Assembly: GCA_963719515.1 (NCBI GenBank)
Contig: CAVRCJ010000003.1
Location: 192,001-256,000 of the forward strand
Reading direction: 5' to 3'
DNA: 64,000 bases
Source of the DNA: an uncultured cyanobacterium
GTDB taxonomy: Bacteria > Cyanobacteriota > Cyanobacteriia > CAKZMO01
Part shown: one piece after another, positions 31,419 to 40,951 of the stretch
Position numbering within the stretch: the first letter of the stretch is position 1
Layout of the letters: each line of letters opens with the position of its first letter
Notes under the pieces: generated by a model
Told to the model about the DNA's origin: nothing
Databases searched by the model: none
Seen by the model: only the letters and a program-made list of their open reading frames with translations
Position numbers and translations under genes: made by a program

Positions 31419-32030
31419 TTACCGGGCGCTCTCACCCGGCGGCGGAGTAGGTATCCCCAGAATCTCCGCCAGTTCAGCCTCGCTCACCCCAAACTGCTCT
31501 GCCGCCCCCGCAATGTCAAGACGAGGTCGCGAGCCTCCTCGACGGCCCCCGCGACGGTCTCCCGCCTCCGGGGATCCAAACGCCGCTCTTAGCTCAGCTT
31601 CTGTTACATTCAGCTGCTCTGCTGCTGCCGCCAAGTCTGGGCGAGTGCGAGGCCGCTGGGGCCGCCCCTCCGGGTCAAGGGTAATGCCGAGAGCCTCCCG
31701 CAGCGCTTCTGACGTCACTCCTAACTGGGTCGCGGCCCCTTCAAATCGAGCCTGTCTTTCTCGGCGCTCTTCCTGATGGTTCTCGGGAATGCCCAGCGCT
31801 GCCTTCAGCTCAGCCTCCGTTGTATTGAGCTCGGCGGCAGCAGTTGTGAAATCGATGCGCTGGTGCCTTCCCCGGCTATGGCCTCCGCGGTGGCCTTCTT
31901 GGGGCTGTTCAGCGCTGGGAGAACTTTGGGCGACCAGGGTGTCGCCAGAGTTGGCACTGCTGAGGTTAGCAATACCCATTGATCCAAGCAAAACGGCAGA
32001 GGCGATCGCGACTGTCAATCGATAGTTCAT
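31419..32030 (-). CDS. Secreted/periplasmic hypothetical protein with four AAxxLxVTEAELxxALG repeats
   Basis: Signal-peptide-like N-terminus, GGAGA RBS, His/Arg/Gly-rich segment, four ~22-aa repeats. Confidence 0.8.
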   Translation of the reverse strand: MNYRLTVAIASAVLLGSMGIANLSSANSGDTLVAQSSPSAEQPQEGHRGGHSRGRHQRIDFTTAAAELNTTEAELKAALGIPENHQEERRERQARFEGAATQLGVTSEALREALGITLDPEGRPQRPRTRPDLAAAAEQLNVTEAELRAAFGSPEAGDRRGGRRGGSRPRLDIAGAAEQFGVSEAELAEILGIPTPPPGESAR

Positions 32031-32117
32031 AGGGGTCTCCAGTAAAGTCATACAGCGTGGTTGGCTGTATATGCTTCTATTAAGCGAGACGAAAATGACG
32101 AATCACCCCGCCGTTGA

Positions 32118-32133
32118 ATGACAATTTTGTAAT
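32118..32133. promoter_or_regulatory. CusR/CopR-box-like palindrome ATGACAATTTTGTAAT
   Basis: Near-palindrome resembling the E. coli CusR box core (ATGACAAnnTTGTCAT), between the repeat-protein gene and the response regulator. Confidence 0.6.
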
Positions 32134-32232
32134 GGTTCAAAGCGTGGTTTAGCGGTTTGAATGGATCTGTAGGGGCATGGCGCGCCGTGTCCTAAGGCCC
32201 AGGCGGTGGCCTCCAACAGTCAAAGGCACGTC

Positions 32233-32910
32233 ATGCACGTTCTCTACGTCGAAGACGAATTTAAAATTGCCAGCTTCGTTCAGGCTGGTCTTAAAGAGCA
32301 GGGGTTCGTCGTTGACTACTGCGACAATGGCAACGACGCCTACCACCAGGCCACAGACCAAGACTACGACGTCATCGTCCTCGACATCATGGTGCCGGGG
32401 AAAGACGGCCTCTCTATCCTCAAGCACCTGCGGCGCTCCGGGCGCGATACCCCCGTCATTTTGCTCACTGCCCGCAACGAGCTGGACGATCGCTTGGAGG
32501 GGCTCAACTTGGGGGCCGACGACTACATCAGCAAGCCCTTTTTTGTGGAAGAGCTGGTGGCTCGTATCCACGCCGTAGTGCGCCGCAGCGTCGGCGATCG
32601 CCAAAATCGCATGGCGGTGGGGGCAATGACCCTCGACCGCCTCACCCGAGAAGTCACCCACCAGGACACCACTGTCGAACTTACCACCCGCGAATTTAAC
32701 CTGCTGGAATACCTGATGCGATCGCCGGGGCGAGTCTTTACCCGCACCCAAATTTTGGAGCACGTCTGGGGGTACGACTTCAACCCCAGCACCAACGTCG
32801 TCGACGTCTGCGTCCAGCGCCTGCGGAAAAAGATCGACGAGACCGGCGAACCCAGCTGGATTGAAAACGTGCGGGGCGTGGGCTATCGCTTCCGCAGGCC
32901 GGAATCATGA
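32233..32910 (+). CDS. OmpR-family response regulator (CusR/CzcR-like)
   Basis: VLYVEDE, LDIMVPGKDG, LTAR, GADDYISKPF, LTTREFNLL, NVVDV, VRGVGY. Confidence 0.95.
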   Translation: MHVLYVEDEFKIASFVQAGLKEQGFVVDYCDNGNDAYHQATDQDYDVIVLDIMVPGKDGLSILKHLRRSGRDTPVILLTARNELDDRLEGLNLGADDYISKPFFVEELVARIHAVVRRSVGDRQNRMAVGAMTLDRLTREVTHQDTTVELTTREFNLLEYLMRSPGRVFTRTQILEHVWGYDFNPSTNVVDVCVQRLRKKIDETGEPSWIENVRGVGYRFRRPES

Positions 32911-34352
32911 TTCGCTCTTTTCGCCTCCGCATTGCCCTCTTAGTGACGGCGGTGGCTGGCGTCGCCTTGGTGGGGTTTAGCGGCGTCGCGTGGCGGCTGA
33001 TCTACGCTGCCAAGGTTAGCCGCGTTGACGCCCGGCTAGAGGCCCAGCTAGGCCGACTTGCCCGCGCTTCGCCCCCCTCCGAGTCCTGGCAGTCTAGGGC
33101 GGCGCTGCGCCAGCTTCGGGGAGATGCCGAAGCCGTAGTCCAATTGCTCAATGCTCAAGGCGCGGTACTCTACCAGTCCGAAAACTGGCCTTCTGACTTC
33201 AACACCATTCCCCTTTCCCCGGCCCCCCGGTCCCTTAGACCCCCTAGACCTCGAAGAGACCGAATACCCCACAATCAGCCAAACAGCAGGGGCGATCGCC
33301 CGCCGCTTGGCCGAGGCAGGCCGAACCTCCGCCTCCGCACAGTCCGCATTCACTCCGCAAGCTGGCGTATCGGAGCCGTCCACAGCCCTGCAGGCCGCGT
33401 GGCGATCGCCGTCAGTCTGCAGACCATCGCCCAAGAAATGGTCGCCATCCGCAATATCTTTCTCGTCGCCGTCCCTGGAACGCTTTCACTAGTAGCTCTT
33501 GGGGCTTGGGGGCTCTCCGGCGGCGCTCTTCGCCCCATTCGGCGGGTGACAGGGGCCATGCAGCAGATTACTGTCGCCGGATTGGACCAGCGGCTGACTG
33601 TGGGGTCAACGGACTTGGAGTTCGCCGCCCTCTTTGAGGTCTTTAACCAAATGCTAGAGCGCCTAGAGCGCAGCTTTCGCCAAGCCTCTCGCTTTAGCGC
33701 TGACGCAGCCCACGAACTAAAAACCCCGCTGGCTATCCTGCAGGGGGAGCTAGAGCAGACCCTACAGCAGGCCGACCCCGGTTCGGAGCTGCAGCAGCAT
33801 TTGAGCAGCCTCCTGGACGAAGTGCGCCGCCTCAGCGGCATTGTCCGCAAGCTGCTGCTGCTGTCGCTGGCCGACGCTGGTCAGATGGGCCTGCACAAAA
33901 GCCAGGTGGATTTTTCGGCGCTGCTAGCGGTGATGGTGGAAGACCTAGAGCTGCTCGCGCCTCACCTCACCATTCACACCAGCATTGCCCCTAATCTACA
34001 GGTGTGCGGCGATCGCGACCTGCTGACTCAGGTGCTGCAAAACCTGATCGGCAACGCCATCAAGTACAACCTGTCCCAAGGGTGGATTCGCCTGGAGGCG
34101 CGCCAATCTGCCGCCGTTCAAGTCACCGTCACCAATGCCTCAAGAGAAATTCCCGCAGGCGATCGCGATCGCCTTTTCGACCGCTTCTACCGGGGCGACC
34201 CCTCCCGCAACCGCAGTGTGGAAGGATTGGGATTGGGCCTGAGCTTAGCGCGGGAGATTGTCCATGCCCATGGGGGCAGCCTGATTTTGGCAGCGTCGCA
34301 GGCGGGGGAGACGACGTTTGTCTTGACGTTGCCTCTCCCCACCAAACCCTAA
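32907..34352 (+). CDS. Sensor histidine kinase (HAMP-HisKA-HATPase; heavy-metal sensor-like)
   Basis: Two TM segments, FSADAAHELKTPL, NLIGNAIKY, FDRFYR, GLGLGLSL; ATGA overlap with the regulator. Confidence 0.95.
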   Translation: MIRSFRLRIALLVTAVAGVALVGFSGVAWRLIYAAKVSRVDARLEAQLGRLARASPPSESWQSRAALRQLRGDAEAVVQLLNAQGAVLYQSENWPSDFNTIPLSPAPRSLRPPRPRRDRIPHNQPNSRGDRPPLGRGRPNLRLRTVRIHSASWRIGAVHSPAGRVAIAVSLQTIAQEMVAIRNIFLVAVPGTLSLVALGAWGLSGGALRPIRRVTGAMQQITVAGLDQRLTVGSTDLEFAALFEVFNQMLERLERSFRQASRFSADAAHELKTPLAILQGELEQTLQQADPGSELQQHLSSLLDEVRRLSGIVRKLLLLSLADAGQMGLHKSQVDFSALLAVMVEDLELLAPHLTIHTSIAPNLQVCGDRDLLTQVLQNLIGNAIKYNLSQGWIRLEARQSAAVQVTVTNASREIPAGDRDRLFDRFYRGDPSRNRSVEGLGLGLSLAREIVHAHGGSLILAASQAGETTFVLTLPLPTKP

Positions 34353-35596
34353 AATCGCAGTCGGTGCCGATAATTCATCACCGACTCCGCCAAACCGACC
34401 GCCAAAAAATTGGTGAGCATGGCCGACCGACCGTAGCTCATCCAGGGCAGGGGAATGCCGGTAATGGGAGCCAGGCCAATGGTCATGCCGATGTTCACCA
34501 GCACCTGAAAAACAATCATCGACAGCACCCCCGCTGCAATCAGAGAGCCAAAGTTGTCCTTGGCGTTTTGGGCAATGATGACTAGCCGCAGGCACACCAG
34601 CCAAAAGCAAGCGAGGACGGCGATCGCGCCCATAAACCCGAGTTCTTCGCCCACAGCGGAGAAGATGAAATCGGTGTGCTGCTCGGGGATAAAGTTGAGC
34701 TGAGTTTGGGTGCCCTCGTGTAGCCCCTGCCCCCAAAGCTGGCCCGCGCCAATAGCGATAATCGACTGAATCAGGTGATAGCCCCCGCCCAAAGGATCTT
34801 TGCTGGGGTCTAAGAACAGCGTCAGGCGATCTTTTTGGTAATCTGCAAGCAACCCCCAAAACAGCTGTCCCAGACGCCCCGAAATCAGGTTGATGCTGAG
34901 CGCACCGATCACCCCTACCCACCGCCAGGGCAGCGTCCATAGCGCCAGTAGGCCAGCAATGGTGACCCAAACCAACCAAGCGGGCAGATAGACATTGAAC
35001 AAAATCGCTGAGATAACGGGCGAAACGAGCAGCACGAGCCAGCCAGGGTTGGCGTTTGCCCAGTAGAGCATGCCCAAGGTAATGACGCCAAAAACTAGTG
35101 ACGTACCCAAGTCAGGCTGCAAAAAGACTAGGCTCCAGGGCACTGCCGTGATTGCCAGTGCCCTAATCATGACCCCTATTCGAGAGGCGGTCGTCTCGTG
35201 CAGCAGTCCCGCCAAAGTGATGATCAGCCCTAGCTTGGCGAACTCTGAGGGCTGCACGTGGAAGCCCGCCAGGGAAATCCACCGCTGTGATCCCGAGGCT
35301 GTAACCCCGACAATCATCACCAGCAGCAGCGATAGATTAGTCGCTCCATAAATAAACCAGGTCAGGTCACTGAGGCGTTCGTACCGAAAGCGGGAAATGA
35401 GCAGCACTAGCCCTACCCCAATTGCACCCAGGAGACAGTGCTGCCACCAGTAGTTGGAAAGCCCTTGGTTGAGTTCAGTGCTGCGAATCATCAGACCGCC
35501 GAGCCCGGTGAGCCCAATCAGGGCAGCCAGCAGTAGCCAGTCAATCTGCTGCCAAGGCAGCAGGAAGGATTTCCAAGGAGACGCGGTTTGAGCCAT
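34349..35596 (-). CDS. rodA: Rod shape-determining protein RodA (SEDS family)
   Basis: GSQRWI, QPSEFAK, QPDLGT, GYHLIQS.IAIG, IPEQHTDFIFS..GEELGF, P.TGIPLPWMSYG. Confidence 0.96.
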   Translation of the reverse strand: MAQTASPWKSFLLPWQQIDWLLLAALIGLTGLGGLMIRSTELNQGLSNYWWQHCLLGAIGVGLVLLISRFRYERLSDLTWFIYGATNLSLLLVMIVGVTASGSQRWISLAGFHVQPSEFAKLGLIITLAGLLHETTASRIGVMIRALAITAVPWSLVFLQPDLGTSLVFGVITLGMLYWANANPGWLVLLVSPVISAILFNVYLPAWLVWVTIAGLLALWTLPWRWVGVIGALSINLISGRLGQLFWGLLADYQKDRLTLFLDPSKDPLGGGYHLIQSIIAIGAGQLWGQGLHEGTQTQLNFIPEQHTDFIFSAVGEELGFMGAIAVLACFWLVCLRLVIIAQNAKDNFGSLIAAGVLSMIVFQVLVNIGMTIGLAPITGIPLPWMSYGRSAMLTNFLAVGLAESVMNYRHRLRF

Positions 35597-35600
35597 AGAT

Positions 35601-35650
35601 TGAGCCGGGGTATGTGAGCCGATATCCGTGAGCCGAGGTATGAGATCGGC
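35601..35650. repeat. Short degenerate repeat TGAGCCG x3 upstream of rodA
   Basis: tgagccggggtatg / tgagccgatatccg / tgagccgaggta. Confidence 0.6.
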
Positions 35651-35701
35651 CTGTGGACGCGATTTCAGTTCACCACAGTTTTAGCGCATATTGGCGCTAG
35701 C

Positions 35702-37243
35702 TCAGGAGGCGATCGCCGGTCGAATCTCGATGTCGCGCTCGAGCGCCGCTGCCAGCACCGCGCTCGAGCGCTGCGCGGCCCAAATCTCTAGCTCTAACTT
35801 ATCCGCACCCGCAAGGGCCAGCACCAGGGTCTCTTTTGAAATATCGCAGACGACAGACGCCACCCGCTGGGTTTTGGTTTTATCTAGCCCCACCGCGATT
35901 CTCAAAATGCCTGAGAGCGTTTGCACCCTTTGGCGATGGCCCTTCGACAGCTGTCTGAACTTTTTGTGTTTTTTGGTAGGGGCAGCCTTGCAGTGATACC
36001 GCGCTAGGTGGCCGATCAGCAGCACCTCCTCATCAGTAAAGCCTCGGGGATCGGTGCGGTTGATGATGTATCGCGAGTTTTTGTGGTGCTTGCGGAACGA
36101 GATGTATTGTCCAATGTCGTGGAGGAGCGCCCCGAACTCTAGCACCTGATGCTCGAAATTGCCGTATCCATGCAGCTCCCGGGTCTGGTCAAACAGCTGT
36201 AGGGCTAGATCAGCAATGTGGCAGTTTCGATACCAGTCAGACCGATATTTTTGCACCAGCTGAGCCGCCTTGCGGTACCGCAGGTTAGCGGGAATCGGAA
36301 GGCTCGAAACCCCCTGATAATGCCGTTCGAGATAGTCAAAAATCATTCCTTCTCTGAGGGAGGCATCGCAAAGGGTGATCTCCTGAACGTCCGCCATCTC
36401 CAGCAGCTGCACTAGCAGTACGCCCCCCAGATGAATAGCGTCTGCTCGCTTGTCGCTGATGCCATCCACCTTGGCGCGGTTCTCCATCTCCTGCTCAAGC
36501 AGGGCGAGCGTCACCTTTTCGATGTCTTTAAGCTGGACCACTTCGGCGTTGACCGATCGCAAGGGAGCGCCGTCTGCCGCGAGATGGGCCGCTTCTCCTA
36601 GGGTGCGGATGGTGCCAGAGGTGCCAATTACCCGATCGAACCCAATGTCCTGGACGCGATCCATTATCTCTTGAGCCGTGAAGCGAATGTGCGCTTCTAG
36701 AACATTCCGCCCTTCACGGCCTACCGGGCCTTTGTCCTCAAACATATCCAGCAGACGCAGGACGCCTAGCTCAAGGCTATTGCCAAACAGGATGTCCTGC
36801 TGGTTGCCGACAACGGCTTCCGTGCTGCCGCCGCCAATGTCGAGTACCAGCGCCCTGTCGTCTCCAAGGGCAATGGAGTTTCGGACCGCTAGGAAAATGA
36901 GGCGGGCCTCTTCTTTGCCGGAAATGATCCTAGGGGAAAGCCCCGTCTGCCGCACCACTGCGTTGATGAAGTCATCGCCGTTTTGCGCCTCGCGAATAGC
37001 GCTGGTGGCGGCGGTGATCACCTCGTCTACGCCCACTTGCTCAGCTAGCTCCACGTAGCGCTGAATTGTTTTTAACCCCGCTTCAAAGGCGCGATCGCTC
37101 AATCGATTGGTGGCGAACACCCCGGCCCCGAGCTTGGCCATCTCCTTTTCGCGCTCGATTACCTCAAAGTTTCGCTGACCGATCACCTCCACAATAATCA
37201 TGTGAATAGAGTTGGTGCCAATATCGATCGCAGCGAGCTTCAT
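35702..37243 (-). CDS. ppx: Ppx/GppA exopolyphosphatase family with HD domain
   Basis: AAIDIGTNSIH, ATSAIREA, EEARL, DIGGGSTE, LREG, LLHDIG, RYH. Confidence 0.93.
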   Translation of the reverse strand: MKLAAIDIGTNSIHMIIVEVIGQRNFEVIEREKEMAKLGAGVFATNRLSDRAFEAGLKTIQRYVELAEQVGVDEVITAATSAIREAQNGDDFINAVVRQTGLSPRIISGKEEARLIFLAVRNSIALGDDRALVLDIGGGSTEAVVGNQQDILFGNSLELGVLRLLDMFEDKGPVGREGRNVLEAHIRFTAQEIMDRVQDIGFDRVIGTSGTIRTLGEAAHLAADGAPLRSVNAEVVQLKDIEKVTLALLEQEMENRAKVDGISDKRADAIHLGGVLLVQLLEMADVQEITLCDASLREGMIFDYLERHYQGVSSLPIPANLRYRKAAQLVQKYRSDWYRNCHIADLALQLFDQTRELHGYGNFEHQVLEFGALLHDIGQYISFRKHHKNSRYIINRTDPRGFTDEEVLLIGHLARYHCKAAPTKKHKKFRQLSKGHRQRVQTLSGILRIAVGLDKTKTQRVASVVCDISKETLVLALAGADKLELEIWAAQRSSAVLAAALERDIEIRPAIAS

Positions 37244-37476
37244 AGTGGTGTTAGGTTGCTAGCTTAATTATCATAGTCCTCTCCCTGCTGTCCTCCAAAA
37301 CACCGCCGTTTCCCTGAAACAACCCAGGCGCAAATATTCCTTCTGGGATTTGCGGCATATGAGTCAAGGGAGACACCGTGATAAAGCCATCCAAGCCATA
37401 ATGGGGGGGGCTCCAGCCTTTTAGCCCACATCTCCGACGAGTCCAGTTCAAGTCTATTCATTTAGCAGGAGGCGCT

Positions 37477-39132
37477 GTGTTCTCAGGCATCACTCAATCA
37501 AACTCTCGTCAGCGAGAAATTGTCGAAGTTGTTTTTCGCAACGGATGGGACTACATGCGCCGGCTGCTGGCGGGCAGCAGCAAAAATGAAGAGCCCGAGC
37601 TACCCACCCCCGCCGTCCTGCGCAACATCTTGGTTGACCTCGGCCCCATCTATATCAAGCTCGGCCAGCTAATGAGCACGCGGCCCGATCTCCTTCCCCC
37701 TGACTACATTGATGCCCTGTCGACCCTACAGGCGACGGTTCCTCCCATCCCCTGGATTGAGGTCGAGCGGGTGATTCGTCAGCAGGTCGGGCAGCCTATC
37801 AACCAGGTGTTCACCAAAATTGATCCCGAGGCGATCGCCGCCGGTTCTATTGCCCAGGTGCATCGGGCTATCCTGAAAAGCGGCGAAGAGGTCGCTATCA
37901 AAGTGCAGCGCCCCGGCATCGACGAGATCATCGATCAAGACATCTCCATTATTCGCGGCGTGGCTGAGCTAGTGTCGCGCACTAAGTTTGGGCAGTATTA
38001 CGACGCTACGGCCCTAGCGGACGAATTTTCCAGCGCCCTGCAGTCGGAGCTTAACTTTTTGGAAGAGGCGGGCTTTACCGATAAGCTGCGGCGCAACCTC
38101 TCTAAAAGCACCTGGTTTGACACCGATATGCTGGTGGTCCCCGCAATTTACTGGGATCTAACCACCGAGAAGATGCTGGTGATGGAATGGCTGCACGGCG
38201 TTCCGATTTTGACCGCTGAGCTGACGGGCCAGCGCTACAAAGGAGACATTGAGGCCGAGCGCAAAGGTCTGACTACCATCCTCTTCCGCGCCTTTTTTCA
38301 GCAGCTCTACGTCGACGGGTTCTTCCACGCCGACCCCCACCCCGGCAACGTGTTCTACCTCGACGACGGCCGGCTGGCCTTACTGGACTGCGGCATGGTG
38401 GGACGCCTCGACCCCCGCACCCAAAGCCTGCTCACCGAGATGATTTTAGCGATCGCCGGGTCTGACGCCCAGCGCTGCACCCAGCTCACCCTAAAGCTGG
38501 CCCACCAGGTGCGCCCCGTGAATCTGGTGCAGCTGGAGGGCGACTATGACCAGCTGATGCGGAAGTACTATAGCCTTAGCCTGGATGAACTCAACTTCAG
38601 CCAGGCGTTTTACGAGGTGCTGCAGTCTGCCCGGCGAAACCATCTGCGCTGGCCCAGCAACATGGGCCTCTATGCCAAATCATTGGCTAACTTAGAGGGG
38701 CTGGGCCGCAAGTTTAACCCCGAGGTGAACCTACTCGATGAGGTGCGCCCCTTGGTGACCGACCTGTTCCGTCAGCAGCTGCTCGGCGACGACCCGATGC
38801 AGGCTTTGCTGCGCACCGGCCTGGAGGTCAAAAATCTATCCCTAGAGACGCCCCGTCGTCTTGAGTTCTTGCTCGACCGCATTAGTACCGAAAGCTTTAA
38901 GTGGAATCTGTCTCTGCGAGATTTGGACGGCCTGCGGCTCACCATCGACGATTCGGCTAACCGGCTGTCGTTCAGCATTTTGGTGGGCTCGCTAATTATG
39001 GGGGCGGCGATCGTGACGGCCCAGGAGAAGTCGTCGGAGCTGTATTGGCTGAGCACGGTGCTGTTTGTGGCGGCGAGCTTGCTGGGGCTGTGGCTGATTA
39101 TCAGCATTGTCAGATCAGGGAAGTTACGCTAG
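37477..39132 (+). CDS. AarF/ABC1/UbiB atypical kinase
   Basis: LGPIYIKLGQLMSTRPDL, AAGSIAQVH, VAIKVQRP, FFHADPHPGN, LDCGMVG; C-terminal TM segments. Confidence 0.95.
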   Translation: MFSGITQSNSRQREIVEVVFRNGWDYMRRLLAGSSKNEEPELPTPAVLRNILVDLGPIYIKLGQLMSTRPDLLPPDYIDALSTLQATVPPIPWIEVERVIRQQVGQPINQVFTKIDPEAIAAGSIAQVHRAILKSGEEVAIKVQRPGIDEIIDQDISIIRGVAELVSRTKFGQYYDATALADEFSSALQSELNFLEEAGFTDKLRRNLSKSTWFDTDMLVVPAIYWDLTTEKMLVMEWLHGVPILTAELTGQRYKGDIEAERKGLTTILFRAFFQQLYVDGFFHADPHPGNVFYLDDGRLALLDCGMVGRLDPRTQSLLTEMILAIAGSDAQRCTQLTLKLAHQVRPVNLVQLEGDYDQLMRKYYSLSLDELNFSQAFYEVLQSARRNHLRWPSNMGLYAKSLANLEGLGRKFNPEVNLLDEVRPLVTDLFRQQLLGDDPMQALLRTGLEVKNLSLETPRRLEFLLDRISTESFKWNLSLRDLDGLRLTIDDSANRLSFSILVGSLIMGAAIVTAQEKSSELYWLSTVLFVAASLLGLWLIISIVRSGKLR

Positions 39133-39193
39133 GGGGACAGCGTTAATGCCCGCTTCGGAACAAACGCGGCTCTAAATTGATGCAGCTCGGGAT

Positions 39194-39226
39194 CGGCAGC
39201 AGAGGGGGAGCGGAGCTTTGCTGCTG
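39194..39226. terminator. Stem-loop downstream of the AarF gene
   Basis: CGGCAGCAGAG-N11-CTTTGCTGCTG. Confidence 0.45.
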
Positions 39227-39421
39227 TCAAAGAAGCTTACGTTGAGCCCGCAAATCTGCTAATGAGGGTCTCACCCGTTTGACCTCCATTTTCCCAGAGC
39301 GAGAATCGCACCAATATGAAAGCGATCGCCATTTCTTCGCTATCAGTTAAGATAAAAAGCTGGTTGAGAAAAGAAATCAAAAATAGCATTTACTTCCAAG
39401 CTTTAGCTAAGTTAAAATCCT

Positions 39422-40951
39422 ATGACCGCATCGGTTAACAAGTCCGCAACCCTACTGGAACTCCTTGCCGGAGCTGATGACCAGATAGCTTTGACTGCGC
39501 CCGCTAAGCCTAGCCTGACCTATAGACAGCTTCGGCAACACATCGTGGAGCTCGTCGCCCAGCTCAATCAGCTGGGTGTGGGCCGAGGCGATCGCCTCGC
39601 CATTGCCATCCCCAACGGCCCGGAGATGGTGGTCACCTATCTGGCGGCGGCCACCTGCGGCACGGCGGCCCCCCTCAACCCTAAGTACAAGCAAGACGAG
39701 TTTGCCTTCTATTACGAGAGCACCGGGGCGATCGCCCTCATCGTTTTGGGCGAAGGGATTGAGGCCGCCAAGGCAGCGGCAGCCGATATCGACATGACCC
39801 TGATTCAGGCCACCGCTCAAGGCGACGGTACCCTGAGCCTGAAGCAAGTGGGCGGTAAGCAGCGCGATCCTAAGCCCCACGAGCTGGCGGAATCGGAAGA
39901 CATCGCCATGATTTTGCACACCAGCGGCACCACCAGCCGCCCCAAGCGGGTGCCCATTCGCCACCGCAACCTAGCGGCCTCCGCCAGCAACATTATCGGC
40001 ACCTACAGCCTCAGCGATCAGGACCGCGCCCTCTGCGTTATGCCCCTGTTCCACGTCCACGGCATCGTCGCCTCCCTGCTCTCTACCCTGATTTCCGGCG
40101 GCACGGTGATCTGTCCGGCGGGCTTCAACGCCCTGGAGTTCTTTAAGATTCTTGCCGAGTTTCAGCCCACCTGGTATTCGGCGGTGCCCACCATGCACCA
40201 GCTGCTGCTCTCTCGGGCCGAGCGCAATAAGGAGGCGATCGCCGCAGCCCCCCTGCGGTTTATCCGCTCCAGCAGCTCGTCCCTGCCGCCGGTGGTCCTA
40301 GAGCGGCTAGAGGCTACCTTCAATGCCCCGGTGCTCGAAGCCTACAGCATGTCGGAGGCCGCCCACCAAATGACCTCCAACCCCATGCCCCCCGCCGAGC
40401 ATAAGGCGGGCACCGTGGGCAAGGGCTTCGGGGTGGAGGTGAACATTATGGACGAGGGCGGCAGCCTGCTGGAGCAGGGCGGCTTGGGGGAAGTGGTGGT
40501 CAAAGGGGCCAACGTGTTTGACGGCTACGAGGGCAACCCCAAAGCCAACGAAACCGCCTTCACCGGCGGCTGGTTCCGCACTGGGGATCAGGGTGTCTTA
40601 GACGGCGACGGCTACCTATCGCTGACGGGCCGCATTAAGGAGCTAATTAACCGGGGGGGCGAGAAGATTTCGCCGCTGGAGGTGGATAACGTACTGCTGC
40701 GCCACCCCGCCGTGGCGGAAGCCCTGGTGTTTGCCGTCCCCCACAAAACCCTAGGGGAAGATATCCACGCGGCGCTGGTGGTGAGTGAGGCGGTAGAAGA
40801 AAAAGATCTGCGCACCTACTGCGCCGAACACATTGCTGACTTTAAGGTGCCGAAGAAATTTCATATCTTAGACGCGCTGCCCCGAGGGGCCACCGGCAAG
40901 CTGCAGCGGCTCAATATGGCCAAAATGCTCAACCTGACTGGGGAATCATGA
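39422..40951 (+). CDS. Acyl-CoA synthetase, oxalate--CoA ligase (AAE3/PCS60/Oxs)-like
   Basis: LHTSGTTSRPK, PLFHVHG, TWYSAVPTMHQ, LRFIRSSS, APVLEAYSMSEAAHQMTSNP, GRIKELINRGGEKISP, TGKLQR. Confidence 0.85.
   Translation: MTASVNKSATLLELLAGADDQIALTAPAKPSLTYRQLRQHIVELVAQLNQLGVGRGDRLAIAIPNGPEMVVTYLAAATCGTAAPLNPKYKQDEFAFYYESTGAIALIVLGEGIEAAKAAAADIDMTLIQATAQGDGTLSLKQVGGKQRDPKPHELAESEDIAMILHTSGTTSRPKRVPIRHRNLAASASNIIGTYSLSDQDRALCVMPLFHVHGIVASLLSTLISGGTVICPAGFNALEFFKILAEFQPTWYSAVPTMHQLLLSRAERNKEAIAAAPLRFIRSSSSSLPPVVLERLEATFNAPVLEAYSMSEAAHQMTSNPMPPAEHKAGTVGKGFGVEVNIMDEGGSLLEQGGLGEVVVKGANVFDGYEGNPKANETAFTGGWFRTGDQGVLDGDGYLSLTGRIKELINRGGEKISPLEVDNVLLRHPAVAEALVFAVPHKTLGEDIHAALVVSEAVEEKDLRTYCAEHIADFKVPKKFHILDALPRGATGKLQRLNMAKMLNLTGES

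Noticed and set aside
32149..32763. 204-aa antisense ORF over the response regulator, and the many similar shadow ORFs in the track
   Set aside because: Typical antisense open frames of GC-rich conserved genes, with no independent evidence.
39133..39421. Glycine or other riboswitch upstream of the acyl-CoA ligase
   Set aside because: Hairpins exist but I recognise no aptamer consensus.
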